From assembly GCF_011386835.1 (NCBI RefSeq), contig NC_088794.1, forward strand, positions 115,878,001 to 115,942,000: a stretch of DNA of 64,000 nucleotides, read 5' to 3'. Below are positions 23,501-34,308 of the stretch, in pieces; position 1 is the first letter of the stretch, and every line of letters starts with the position of its first letter. A program made the translations under genes and the position numbers. The stretch comes from Chrysemys picta bellii (taxonomy: Eukaryota). The notes under the pieces were generated by a model. It was given only the letters and a program-made list of their open reading frames with translations. It made no database searches and had not been told where the DNA came from.

Positions 23501-24301
23501 ACTACAGGGAGGGGTTGAGCTGAAAGTCTATGGAAACATGCAAAACACAATAGTGAAACTTCGTTTTTCACCGCAAGGATTTTGATGTATTTAATCTTTA
23601 AACCAGATAATATCCCCTTCCCCCTCCCCCCCGCTGCTCCCCCCAAAATGCCTATGTTAAAGCAACAGTAAGGTTGTAAATGTAAAAGTATACAAGTTAG
23701 GAAGAGATAGGGTTAAGGTTCTCCAAGAAAATGTAACTAACTCTGCACAGACTGCTACATTTTGTGTTTATCAGTCAGCCGGCTGAATGTACATATACAG
23801 TCCGCACAATGTGGGTGGCAGAGAATTGCTGTGGGAAACTTAACTTTGCTGTCGTTTGTGTTTCAATTGTCAGTATTAGTGTTGCGTCAACGTATGTATG
23901 TAGGGGGTTCTAATCTTATCCAAAGCATTGCACGGAGTATGCCCAACAACATTGGTGAATGCTTCATTGTCATGGCTTCATTGTTGCTTTAGGTTCAATC
24001 CCAGCTCCACTGAACTCAAATGGATTTCAGTCACCTGTGAGATGAACGGGGAGGCCATGTTTTAGTTCTAGGTGTTGTACCAAAATGATGATGGCACTCT
24101 TTGCGGGGTAGAAGCTCCCACTGGCTCATTGCTATATTTTCCCTCAGATGGGAAAGTTGAGAAGGATGGGGGCAGACTTGGTGAGGTATGGCAGTGGTCA
24201 GGAAGCTGCTGTGCATTTTATGTTTGTTTTCATCACATTTGCATGTCCATTCACACACACACTGTACAGTAGCACAGATCACATATGTCAATACTGTACA
24301 G

Positions 24302-24635
24302 CAGGGGTTGGCAACGTTTGGCACGCGGCTCGTCAGGGTAAGCACCCTGGCGGGCCGGGCCAGTTTATTTACCTGCTGACGCGGCAGGTTCGTCCGATCG
24401 CAGCCCCCACTGGCTGCGGTTCGCCGTCCCGGGCCAATGGGGGCGGTGGGAAGCCGTGGCCAGCACATCGCTTGCCCGCGCCGCTTCTCGCCGCCCCCGT
24501 TGGCCCAGGACAGCGAACTGCGGCCAGTGGGGGCTGTGATCGGCCGAACCTGCCGCGTCAGCAGGTAAATAAACTGGCCCGGCCTGCCAGGGTGCTTACC
24601 CTGGCGAGCCGCGTGCGAAACGTTGCCGACCCCTG
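24302..24635. mobile_element. Palindromic hAT MITE (334 bp)
   Basis: TIRs caggggttggcaacg / cgttgccgacccctg; perfect TSD ctgtacag (24294-24301, 24636-24643); about 150-bp arms are near reverse complements. Confidence 0.93.
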
Positions 24636-24689
24636 CTGTACAGTAACGCAGATGTACATATCTTCAAAGGAGGAAGGATGTACTTCTGA

Positions 24690-24885
24690 TTAAGGCACAG
24701 GAGTGGAAAATGGGGGTTCAATTCCCAGCTCTCTCTCAGACCTGCTATGTGACCTGAGGCAAGTCACTTAATCTCTCTGTGCCTCAGCTGCCTTCTGTAA
24801 GGCGTGGATATTACCTACCACAGAGCGGGAGTCTGAAGATAGATTCATTAATGCACATAAAGTGTTTAGATACCGTAGAACTAAA
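24690..24885 (+). mobile_element. MIR-like CORE-SINE
   Basis: gggttcaattcccagctct...ctatgtgacctgaggcaagtcacttaatctctctgtgcctcag core. Confidence 0.7.
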
Positions 24886-25454
24886 CAGCTCAGACCCAAG
24901 GAGTTGTGTGACTGACTGAAGATCCCACAGAGTCAATAATTCAGCCCACACTGTCTCCTGTGCTTGCTTGAGCTTGTGCTCTAGCTCGTGAGCAGTGGCT
25001 GCTCGCAAGTGAGTCTGTCACACTGTATACAATCTGGGTGATGTGGCATTATTGTATAGTTTAAAAAAAAAAAACCCACCTCATCTAACAACCTAATCCA
25101 GGCATCACAGTGTCACACTGCACTACCATTACCTCTGATGATGGATTGTGACATAATTTTTATGAACATTTAGCATCCGTGTCAGTCACATGAGAATTCA
25201 TAGCCACATTCTGCAGTAGTGTAGGACCAGAAATGGGCTATAGAAAGTACAACTCAGATGGCCTCAGTTAAAACAGCACTTTCCTCTTGTGGAGACTCCT
25301 GCCTATTCCTTCTCACTCTTGTTCTAATAGATTCTGGCATTTTTAAGGCAGCTGCGCTAAGCTGGAGATCCAGTTCTTCTTTAAGAATGTTTTGAAATGT
25401 TATCGACGGAATCTGTATATTATATTAAAATGGTAGCAGAGTGCCACAAATTAC

Positions 25455-25504
25455 CTGTGATTCAGTCTGTTTCCACAGTTGACAGGCTTGTTTTCGAGTT
25501 GATC
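25455..25504 (-). other. Candidate 50-nt exon
   Basis: Acceptor ctgtttccattacAG, donor cag/GTAATT; open as DQLENKPVNCGNRLNH or STRKQACQLWKQTESQ. Confidence 0.25.
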
Positions 25505-26137
25505 CTGTAATGGAAACAGACATCATTTTGCCTGGAAACATTCTAACCTCATAAGGAATAAGAAACGGGCAATAATGTAATATGCAGATATTCCAAATGG
25601 GAGTTTTCAGGTCACCTGGTTGACCTTCCTGCTGGTTGAGGGTCACCAGGGCTTCTCAGCGAAATTACAGTTTCATGATTGCTTACACTCCCATGGAATT
25701 CAATGGAAATTGTTCCTATATGGCAGCTTCATAATCAGTCCCTGATTGGGAGGGGTGTATGTCCGTCCCCCTCTGTGTCTTTTATGCACACACTCTCTCT
25801 CTCGCTCTCTCATGTTCCACATACTACAGTTTGGGATTGCAAAATGTTATCCAATTAATAGAGACAGTAGCACAAAATAATTTTGCACCTAGATGATCAG
25901 AAGAACTTTGCCACCAAGCTGTATAGTGTGGTTAGCCATTGGCCCAGACATGGTCACAAGATCAAGATCTAGACCATAGAAAGCCTCTGCATACATGAAC
26001 TCTGTCTGCAACTGCATAGAGCATATATAAGATACAAAGAGTGTAATTAGATTATACAGGGATGGGAAGTTTTTAATTTATAGGGGAAATATATGCCTCC
26101 AAGTTGGAATTGACAGTGTGCAGCTTTGAGCATTGTA

Positions 26138-26671
26138 TGTGGCATGACCTCTGGGTCTTGGACCTGGCTCCGCAGGGTTCATGAGAGCAGTCAGGCTTCA
26201 ACCCTCCAGTTGGCAGCATGCAGACAGTTTCTTTCCTGGGACCTATGAAGCCCAGCCCCAGTGTGAGGCTCCACCCCTAAGGTCCGATTGGCAGAGTCCT
26301 ATAGCAAATGATTGGCCCACTGGCCCTACTTAAGCCAGAAGCACACAGGAAGCTTTCTGAACAACTGGGCTCCACCCTGTTCTGAACAGTGTGTCTTCTG
26401 CTCCCCTGATTTGATTTCCTGGCTTCCCAACTTGGCTTGACTCCTGGCATCTGACTTGCGGTTCCTGGCCTCCAGTTTGGCTCCTGCCTCTGACCCTCTG
26501 GTATCCTGACCTGGCCTGATACAGGTTCCCAACTCATGGTTCTGACCTCTAGTTTGTTTCCTGCTTCAGACTTGCCTGTATCCAGATCCAGCCGACTCTT
26601 GACTCCTGTCTCATGACTATGGACTCTGGCTCCAACTGCTAGGTCTGGCTGCCCATGACCTGGCTGTGACA
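26138..26671 (+). mobile_element. Probable solo LTR
   Basis: TG...gtgaCA ends, CCAAT-like (gattggccc) and cttaagcc TATA-like boxes, ct-rich cctggctcctg repeats typical of LTR U5; no TSD found. Confidence 0.4.
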
Positions 26672-26995
26672 GTGTGCCAGTATGTTTTACTTTTTCATAA
26701 TTATTTTTGTTTCACAGTAGCACCTAGATGGCTCGGTCAGTGTTAGAGCCCTGTTGTATTAGACACCGTGCAAACATAGAGAAGAAGGGGAGTCTGGAAC
26801 TCCGAAGAGTTTACTATTTAATCTAAAACAAGCCTCAAGAGTGGGTATAGCACTCAGTAGGAAGACAAGGAAAACAGCTACGTGAGCATGTGTTAACGTA
26901 GCCCAGCTGTGTGCACAACTAAATTGGATGGAGTCCTCTTTTAATATAAAGATTAAAAAGAATTAATGGCAAATGAGATTAAGGTCTAAGTATTA

Positions 26996-27067
26996 GGGTG
27001 AAATCCTGGCCTCACTGATTTCAATGAGAGTTTTGCCACTGACTTCAGTGAGGCCAGGATTTAACTC
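26996..27067. mobile_element. 72-bp hairpin MITE (Harbinger-type)
   Basis: 23-bp arms gggtgaaatcctggcctcactga / tcagtgaggccaggatttaactc; flanks tta / ttg; sister copy at 48702-48774. Confidence 0.7.
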
Positions 27068-27169
27068 TTGTTTACTTGCTCATGGAATAGGAGTTTCTCC
27101 GCTCTGGCTTTTGTCTGCTGCCTTCCAATGTAGGAATCCAAAAGAAGCCACCATCTTAGAGAGAGGGAG

Positions 27170-27530
27170 TCATGGTCTGAGTACAAGACGAGGAGCCTGG
27201 TGCTCCTGCAAGCTGAGTCCCTTTGTGACCTTGGGCTAGTCGCTTATCCTCTGCCTGTAAAATGTGATCAGGGACAATGACTTACTCTACCCGCATCACG
27301 AGGATTTATTGTGTATCGAGCAGTTATGAGGATAATAAACATGTGATCACTTAGCACTTTTATAGGGCTTGCTTTTATAGCACTTATATAGATCTCAAAG
27401 CACTTTATAAAGGTAGGTTGCCCCATTTTACAGATGGAGAGATTTGCCCAAGGTTGCAAAGTGATTCGAAGAAGGGTGGAGTTTAGAACCCAGGTCTCTT
27501 GACTTTCAGTCTGGTACTTTATTCACTGGA
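27170..27530. mobile_element. Two MIR-like SINEs tail-to-tail (+ then -)
   Basis: gtgaccttgggctagtcgctt on plus; ccccattttacagatggag...tttagaacccaggtctcttgact on minus. Confidence 0.55.
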
Positions 27531-27779
27531 TCATAAAGAGCATCAAGTGTTATTCGTAAAAAACATGACTCTGCCACCAGATGTGAATTTTCCCAGTGTT
27601 CAATTTAATTCCTTCTGGTACAAACAGATTTAATTTTGTTGGCATTTTGACAGATTGCAGGAAAGAATGTGGGAGGTTTATTTTTAAAAAAAGTGTGCAT
27701 TGGATTTTTTTTAAAAGCAGTTTGAGAGAAAACGGGGGAGGGGAGGATGTTAAATAATTATTTTATTAATGAGTAATGA

Positions 27780-28070
27780 ATGACTGGCATTTACATAGTT
27801 CCTATGCCAAAGCACTCAATAAACTTTACAAACAATATATAGGAATCAATGCAGCCACCTCTGAGGTGGGTTACAGCAGCAATAGCCTCACAGCCACTTT
27901 ATACAGTTTAGAACATGAAGTGAGGGAGAAAACTATTTCCACTTGAAATTTTAGGGGTCAATGCAGAATGGAGAATTAAATTACTTAAACTGGATTTTGG
28001 ACAGGACACCAGAAATACCACTCCCCCCCCCAGTTATTATAAAAATGTAATAGAGTCTTTTAGATCACTG
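27780..28070 (-). mobile_element. AmnSINE1-like ancient SINE fragment
   Basis: atgcagccacctctgaggtgg; ggattttggacaggacaccag...aaaatgtaatagagtcttttagatcac resemble the reverse Deu-domain. Confidence 0.5.
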
Positions 28071-28074
28071 ATGA

Positions 28075-28290
28075 TGATAACTCTGTCTTGCTGGTATAGA
28101 GGTTGTTCTCCATAGATCTCAAGATATTTTACAAAAGGTGGGTATTTGTATTATTCCCATTTCACAGATGGAGAAATTGAGGCACAGAGAAGTGAAGCAA
28201 CTTGGCAAAGGTCACACAGGAAGTCAGTGAATGAGATGGAAAAAGATCCCAGGACTCCTGATTCCTGCCCTGTGTTCAGTCAGCTGGACT
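28075..28290 (-). mobile_element. MIR-like CORE-SINE
   Basis: cccatttcacagatggagaaattgaggcacagagaagtgaagcaacttggcaaaggtcacacag. Confidence 0.75.
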
Positions 28291-29424
28291 GGCCAGAGTC
28301 TGAGTTTTACATCTCATTTGAAAGATCTCGCTTCCAACAGCAAAATTAGAAATGAATCTGGGGAAGGGTTACAAAGAAAAATGAGGATGATCAGTTAAAG
28401 GATTGTGATCCTTTCTATTGGTTTGTTTCTGAAAGGGTTGAACCTTTCTGACAGTGGCTTGTCATTGGTCAGGGACATTGTCAATCACTTGTCATTTAGA
28501 TAAATAGTCTGGTCAGTCTCTGCTGTTGAAATGTTTCCATGGCTGAGACAAACCTTCATTCCATCCCTGGGAACGGCTGTTTCAGCCATAAAGAAATATT
28601 GTTCTTTATTCGCAGGATAATGATGACTGTCTGGAAGTACAAATGCATGTTAAATGCACAATGAAAATAAGAATAATATATATTATATAAGAATAACACT
28701 ATAGTGGGGATCTTATGCTTATGAAAGTAGAAATGCAAAATTATGCTTCCGGCAGCCCCAGTACCTCCGCCACACTGAGAACATGTTGCATTTTTGCATT
28801 GCTGTATGTACTCTTAACGTCCCTCCTTAATATATACGTGCCGTGGGACCAAGATGTGGTTGCTGTGGGAACCATAACTTTGAAATCCCTGACTTGTATG
28901 TGATTAAAAGCTCAGCAGTAATTAACATTGTTTTTTGCATTGATTTCCTTTGTACTTTGTTTGTTTTACAGAGAACTTTGATCACACATTTCAAAGATTC
29001 CTGCCCCCATTGCTGAGGAAAGTTTTAGGTATAAGAAAGCAGCTTAGCGACTAAAGGCTGGACTTCCCTGGCCTTGGCCCACGTGTCATTGTTTAGCTAG
29101 TACCGAGTGGGTGATATAATACCATTCTGGTCTGGTGCCTGTTACACTTGTGTTATAGTCACTTTGTGGGGCTGTAAATGAGAACGTAAGATGCAAGACA
29201 GTGGATAATTGGGCCCTATGCATACATGCTGCAGTGTTTAGCTATAGTAATGACAGGTCCTCTAGAAATGTTTACAGATAAATAGATGGAATCTGTTTTT
29301 GAGTTATCTAAGTGCTAATAGAGCATCTGAAAAATACCTTAACTAGTAATTTTATATTTACAAATATATAATCTCAAGCCCTGAAAACAGTGGCTCATTG
29401 ATCAGCCCAGCCATCAATTCCTTT

Positions 29425-29670
29425 TTTTCTGAGGGGTAAGAGTACTGTAAAGGCGACTCCTAAGTGAAATGAAGAAGGTGAAAATTTAAACTGAAAAACA
29501 TCCTGACACTAAAATCTATTAGGCTACGGAATAATCTCCCAAGGGAAGTGGTGGAAACCCAACCACTTAGCAAATTTAAAGGCAGTCTTGGTTTTAAATG
29601 TCCAAGAGGAAACAGTACTATGCTGCCCAGGAGCTGGAGATAAGAGGGTTTTTTCCATGCCTAGTTTCTG
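29425..29670 (+). mobile_element. Old CR1 3' fragment
   Basis: ctattaggctacggaataatctcccaagggaagtggtggaaaccc...gggttttttccatgcctagtttct. Confidence 0.6.
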
Positions 29671-30029
29671 CAGTCCCATTGACTGATATGTTTGTTTGAG
29701 GAGCTATATTGTGACCATTAGTGTGTTATCTGGCAAATTTACGGGAAACAAAACTATTACTGCCAGATACCACAAACCACTACCACAGTGTCTCACTGAC
29801 GAGAGATATCCCTCCAGATTGCCTCCTAAGGAAAAGAAAAAATGAATAGAAGTGTCTTGCACCAGGATCTACTGCCAAACCCAGGATCCAAGTAGCTGCC
29901 AGGGCTAAGAGAAGTGCCTCCTCAACCAAAACTAAAATGCTGCTAGTACGAGACTATGGGCTCAATTTCCTATTACCTGGCACTTTGCATAGTCATTTAC
30001 ATCAGTGCAAAGTTAAATGCAAAACAGGT

Positions 30030-30188
30030 GAAATATATAGCTCAGTGGTTTGAGCGTTGGCCTGCTAAACCCAGGGTTGTGAGTTCAATCCTTGAGGGGG
30101 CCAGCTGGGGATTGATCCTGCTTTGAGCAGGGGGTTGGACTAGATGATCTCCAGAGGTCCCTTCCAACCCTAATAATCTATGATCTAT
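30030..30188 (+). mobile_element. Turtle polIII/SINE (tRNA-derived head plus CR1 3' tail)
   Basis: A-box tagctcagtggtttg, B-box gagttcaatcc, tail ggttggactagatgatctccagaggtcccttccaaccc...ctatgatct. Confidence 0.9.
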
Positions 30189-31859
30189 TATCTGACTTGG
30201 TAACATTTTGCACTGATGTAAATGATTACACAAGGTGCAGGTCACTGGCACGTTGGGTATCTGCACTGCTCAGCACACCACAGTCCTTGTGAAACAATCT
30301 GGTCATTCATGGGCTTTGTGTCTCACTTGTGAATTACCAGTATCCACTAGTAAGTGCCAGTGTTCAGAGCAGTGGGAGCAGACAGCATGCTAGCCTGGGG
30401 AGGCTGAAGTGGGAAAGGGGAGAAGGAAGCAGCTGCTCTGTGTGAATGTTGTGGATAGAAGTGGGAAAGGGGAGCTGTTGGGAGTTTGGATGACTGGATG
30501 TGTGGTTTAGTAGTTAGCGGGTGGGACTGGTTGTCGAAAGACCTGGATTCTAGTCCCAGCTCTGATTTGTGGTGTGACTCAGGGCAAGCCACGTCCCATC
30601 TTTGTGCTCACCTACATAGGTAAGGCACTTGGAGATCATTGGGCTTAGTTCACCACTCTGTTACTCTAGGTTTGCTCCAGGGTAACAGTTGAAATCAGTG
30701 GCGTTACAGTGGATCAAACTGGAGTAATGCTGGGCTGATTCAGGCCTTTCAGGGTTTAAAGCTCTATCTATAAATGCTAAATACTATGATTATCCAGGAC
30801 TTGGATCTGGGCACTGCATAAAATGCAAATGTAACGGCCAAGCAGTGAATTCTTGGCATTTCATGCTTGGGGGATAGGATTGTTCTGGTGATTGAATTTT
30901 TGTTCTTGTGGTTTATGACCTCACCAGATCCCCTTGGTGTAATCTAAGCTCCTCACTCACAATAGTCTCTTGTTGATTCTCCACTTATATACTCACAGAC
31001 CCATGCAGTAGGTGCATGTATGCACCGTATCGATCATTTCTGTCTTGTGAATAATATACATTTAATGGCTTTAGCACATTCTAGGGCAGAAATTGTGTCC
31101 TTTTATCATGACGGTTTATTAGATACGTTGTTTGTTTATATCCTTTATGAACAGAAATGGCTGCATACAGCGTAGAGAGAAGCCATGTATGTGCATGCAT
31201 GTGTGTGCCTGCCCACTCACGCACAGAGAATGCAGCGATGAAATGGATTCCTGTTTTCCCATCACTGCACAATGAGGTAGCAATTCAGCCTCTGGCCATA
31301 GACTGTCTTTAATTCATTTATTTTAAAAATACCTTCCCTAAAATGTCATTTCCATTATGTTTTGTTATAGGATTAAACGGGACACTCCTTGGGTCCATGG
31401 GGTTATCTTGCTTGTGCATAGGTTCCCGGAGGTCCTGTGGCTCAGGAGATAAAGCTCCCAGCTATTCCCAGGAGAAGCCTGGTGTTTGGACTCTCTTGTT
31501 TTCAGGGCATTGGCATTAAGAGGGTGAAACGGAGGCCCCCAGTACCAAAGAATTAATGTTCTCTATTAGCAGCTCTGCTGAAAACAAATCAACCCATGCA
31601 GGCAGGGGAGAGAGCAGGAACAGATCAGAAATACACACAAACAAATGCCAGAGAGTTATTGTCTGTTTCCAGGAGCCTGGCATGTCTTCCCAGCATTGCC
31701 CCCTTAAAGGGCTCAGATCTCATTCATTACAGAATGTCAACATCCCTCTGGTGATGGTATTATTTACAAAAAAAAAAAATATCAGCATGCAGATGGTATT
31801 TCAATTAATAGGCAAAAGCTCTTCATATTCTGGAGGGGTAGGTGGACTGGGAGTCTTGT

Positions 31860-32203
31860 CATAGGCACCAACTCCATGGGTGCTCCAGAACTTGAGGAGC
31901 CATGGGGGAAAAAAATAGTAGATGCTCAGCAGCCCTGCCGATCAGCTCCTCCCCCTCCTTCCCAACGCCTCCTGCCTGCCACAGATCAGCTGTTCAGTGG
32001 TGTGCAGGAGGCACTGGGAGGGAGAGGCAGGGCTTGCTCAGGGGAGGGAATGGAAGGGGGTGGGAAGAGGTGGGGTGGAGGCGGAACAGGAGTGGGAAGA
32101 GGTGGGATGGGGTGGGGCTTTGGGGTAAGAGGTGGAGTGGGGGCAGGGCTGGGGTGGAACATGGGTCGAGCACCCCGGGAAAATTAGAAATCCAGCACCT
32201 ATG
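31860..32203. mobile_element. Non-autonomous hAT MITE
   Basis: Ends cataggcacc / gcacctatg; perfect 8-bp TSD agtcttgt (31852-31859, 32204-32211); G-run-rich interior. Confidence 0.85.
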
Positions 32204-32665
32204 AGTCTTGTTGTTAGTGACAGTGTCATCTTAACTGGCAGGATCCTCTGGGGAGTTCCCCCATGCGCCTACCCCTCTGTAAGCCAATTGAGGAAGCATT
32301 TGGAGATTCGTGTGTAGCAATGCCCTCTATTGGATGGAATCAGAAATACTTGGCTGTGTGTCATAAGCCCTATAATGCTGACACCTACTGGTGATTCTCC
32401 TTTCACTCCAATGCTATGGGCCTGTGCTTTTGGAGCAGGAGGTTGTGAGTGCTATCCCTTCTGTTTCCATTAAGTTCTACATGGCCACATAGCTGGGAAG
32501 CGTTAGGTGGTTGTGGAGTTGTATTTTTTTTAGAAACATGTAATTGTAGGTTTCCAGTAGATACTTTTACTATCTACCCCTCCTAAAATTTGTGCCCTCC
32601 TGTTGCGTTTAAACCATGCCTGGCGCTGGCAGTGAGAGTAAACTGGATTTTGTGTTTGCCACTTA

Positions 32666-33024
32666 GCATATGTCTACTCTGCAAGTGAAGGTATGATTCT
32701 AGCCTGGGCAGGCCTAGCTTTAAGCTAGCTAGCACGGGTAACCATAGTAGTGTTTGATGTGGCAGCATGGGCTTCAGTGTGGGCTAGTAACCTGAATACA
32801 TACCCTGACTCCCCGGTGAGTTTGTTCTCAGTTTGCTAGCCCAGGCTGAAGCCTGTACTGCAACATCAGAGTACAATCCTTTTGGGGAACCTGGGTTCAT
32901 GGTCGAGTTGCTAGCCTGTGCTACCAAGGCTACGCTCCTATTGTTATCCATACTCTATTAAAGCTGGCATGAGTATGCCCACCTATGCTACAGTCATGCC
33001 TTCACTTTTAGTGTAGACATATCC
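32666..33024. mobile_element. PIF/Harbinger-type MITE
   Basis: Ends gcatatgtctactct / agtgtagacatatcc; flanks tta / ata. Confidence 0.7.
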
Positions 33025-33204
33025 ATAATGGTCAGGATCGGGAGTGGAAGTAACTGATGAGTGGGATCTGTCAACTGGCTGCTGGGCTCACTGTGTGTGC
33101 AAACTTCAAGTTACCGCAGAGGAGACAAGAACATAGAACGTGCAGCAGCTCTATGACTGGAGCTAAAAAGGGAGACTTACGCAGCTGTTCATGTGACTCT
33201 TACA

Positions 33205-33482
33205 AGAATCCAGCCTGCCCCCTGGCTTGGAATGACCATCTCAAAGAGTGTTCAGTCTACCTGGCCTGTTGAGTCCTTGATTTGTCAGCGGAAACTGCCG
33301 GTTTGTGGCGGTAGAGTTTGTGAGGTGGACGTGTGTCCATTAAGAACTGTTGCACTCAAAACAGCAAACAGCCATCAGATGTGACTGGCTTTCGATTGCT
33401 ATTGAATTGGAATTGAAGACCTATTTATGAAATATTCCCTATCCCAGCCCTAGTCTGCTTTCCACTCGCTGAGCTGTTTCCT
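33205..33482 (-). mobile_element. LF-SINE-like ancient SINE (about two thirds of the element)
   Basis: Minus strand has cgaaag...catctgatggctgtt, cagttcttaatggaca..gtccacctcacaaa and caaggactcaacaggcc...gactgaac in the order of the recalled LF-SINE consensus. Confidence 0.7.
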
Positions 33483-33811
33483 TTCAGTATCTGTTCATGT
33501 GCACTCTAAAGCCCTATATACCATTGTCTGGTTAAGTTGCCCCTTCTATACCTAGACTGTTTGCAGGGACTTTCCTTTCACCCACAATCAAACCGGTGAC
33601 TCCTAGGACTGTAGCAAAGGTGTGTCTAACTCCCACCTTCTCTCCCCCCTCCCACCCCCCTGCCCCAGTAGCATCATAAAACATGGGGAGAGAGAGGGAG
33701 ATTCTTGCAAATGGTTTTAACTGGCAGCCCACATGTAGGCAAAAGTCTCAAATGAAATCAGCTGAAAAGGTCCAAAGGATTGTACATGTGTGGGTATAGT
33801 CTTGGTGTTTG

Positions 33812-33972
33812 ATCATAGAATATCAGGGTTGGAAGGGATCTCAGGAGGTCATGTAGTCCAACCCTCTGCTCAAAGCAGGACCAATCCCCAAATCTCTAAA
33901 TGGCCTCCTCAAGGATTGAACTCACAACCCAGGGTTTAGCAGGCCAATGCTCAAACCACTGAGTTATCACTG
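33812..33972 (-). mobile_element. Turtle polIII/SINE
   Basis: Reverse complement of the 30030-30188 family: ggattgaactcacaacccagggtttagcaggccaatgctcaaaccactgag. Confidence 0.9.
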
Positions 33973-34210
33973 CCCCCCATCTGTCTCTGCTTGTGAGTGA
34001 ATCTCAGGGTGTCTCTCCTGTGCATGTGTATTTCGGTGTGCATTTTTCAGGGAATTAGTAGTTATAGCTATGTGAATCTGAGTGGTGATTGTGTTCTTAT
34101 TTGTGTGTGCATGTGGCTTATTTGTACTTGTGTGAATGTCTGGGCCTGTGCATGTCTATGTGTACCATTTTGTGTGGCTTGGTGGTTGCCTGTTCCCAAG
34201 TGTGCATATT

Positions 34211-34308
34211 TCATAGAATCCTAGAATATCAGGGTTGGAAGGGACCTCAGGAGGTTATCTAGTCCAACCCCCTGCTCAAAGCAGGACCAATCCCCAACTA
34301 AATCATCC
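34211..34308 (-). mobile_element. Short CR1 / SINE 3' tail
   Basis: tcatagaatcctagaatatcagggttggaagggacctcaggagg...ccccaactaaatcatcc. Confidence 0.85.

Noticed and set aside
30030-30075. tRNA-like sequence (also 33900-33972)
   Set aside because: Head of a SINE fused to a CR1 tail; no complete cloverleaf or acceptor stem
30598-30627. Second polypyrimidine-TAG/GTAAGG juxtaposition
   Set aside because: Lies within a decayed MIR-like SINE, probably produced by an internal deletion; weaker tract than at 16529
33990-34205. Cluster of TGCATG (RBFOX) motifs
   Set aside because: Embedded in a decayed (TG)n-like tract where the hexamer arises by chance; no adjacent credible exon
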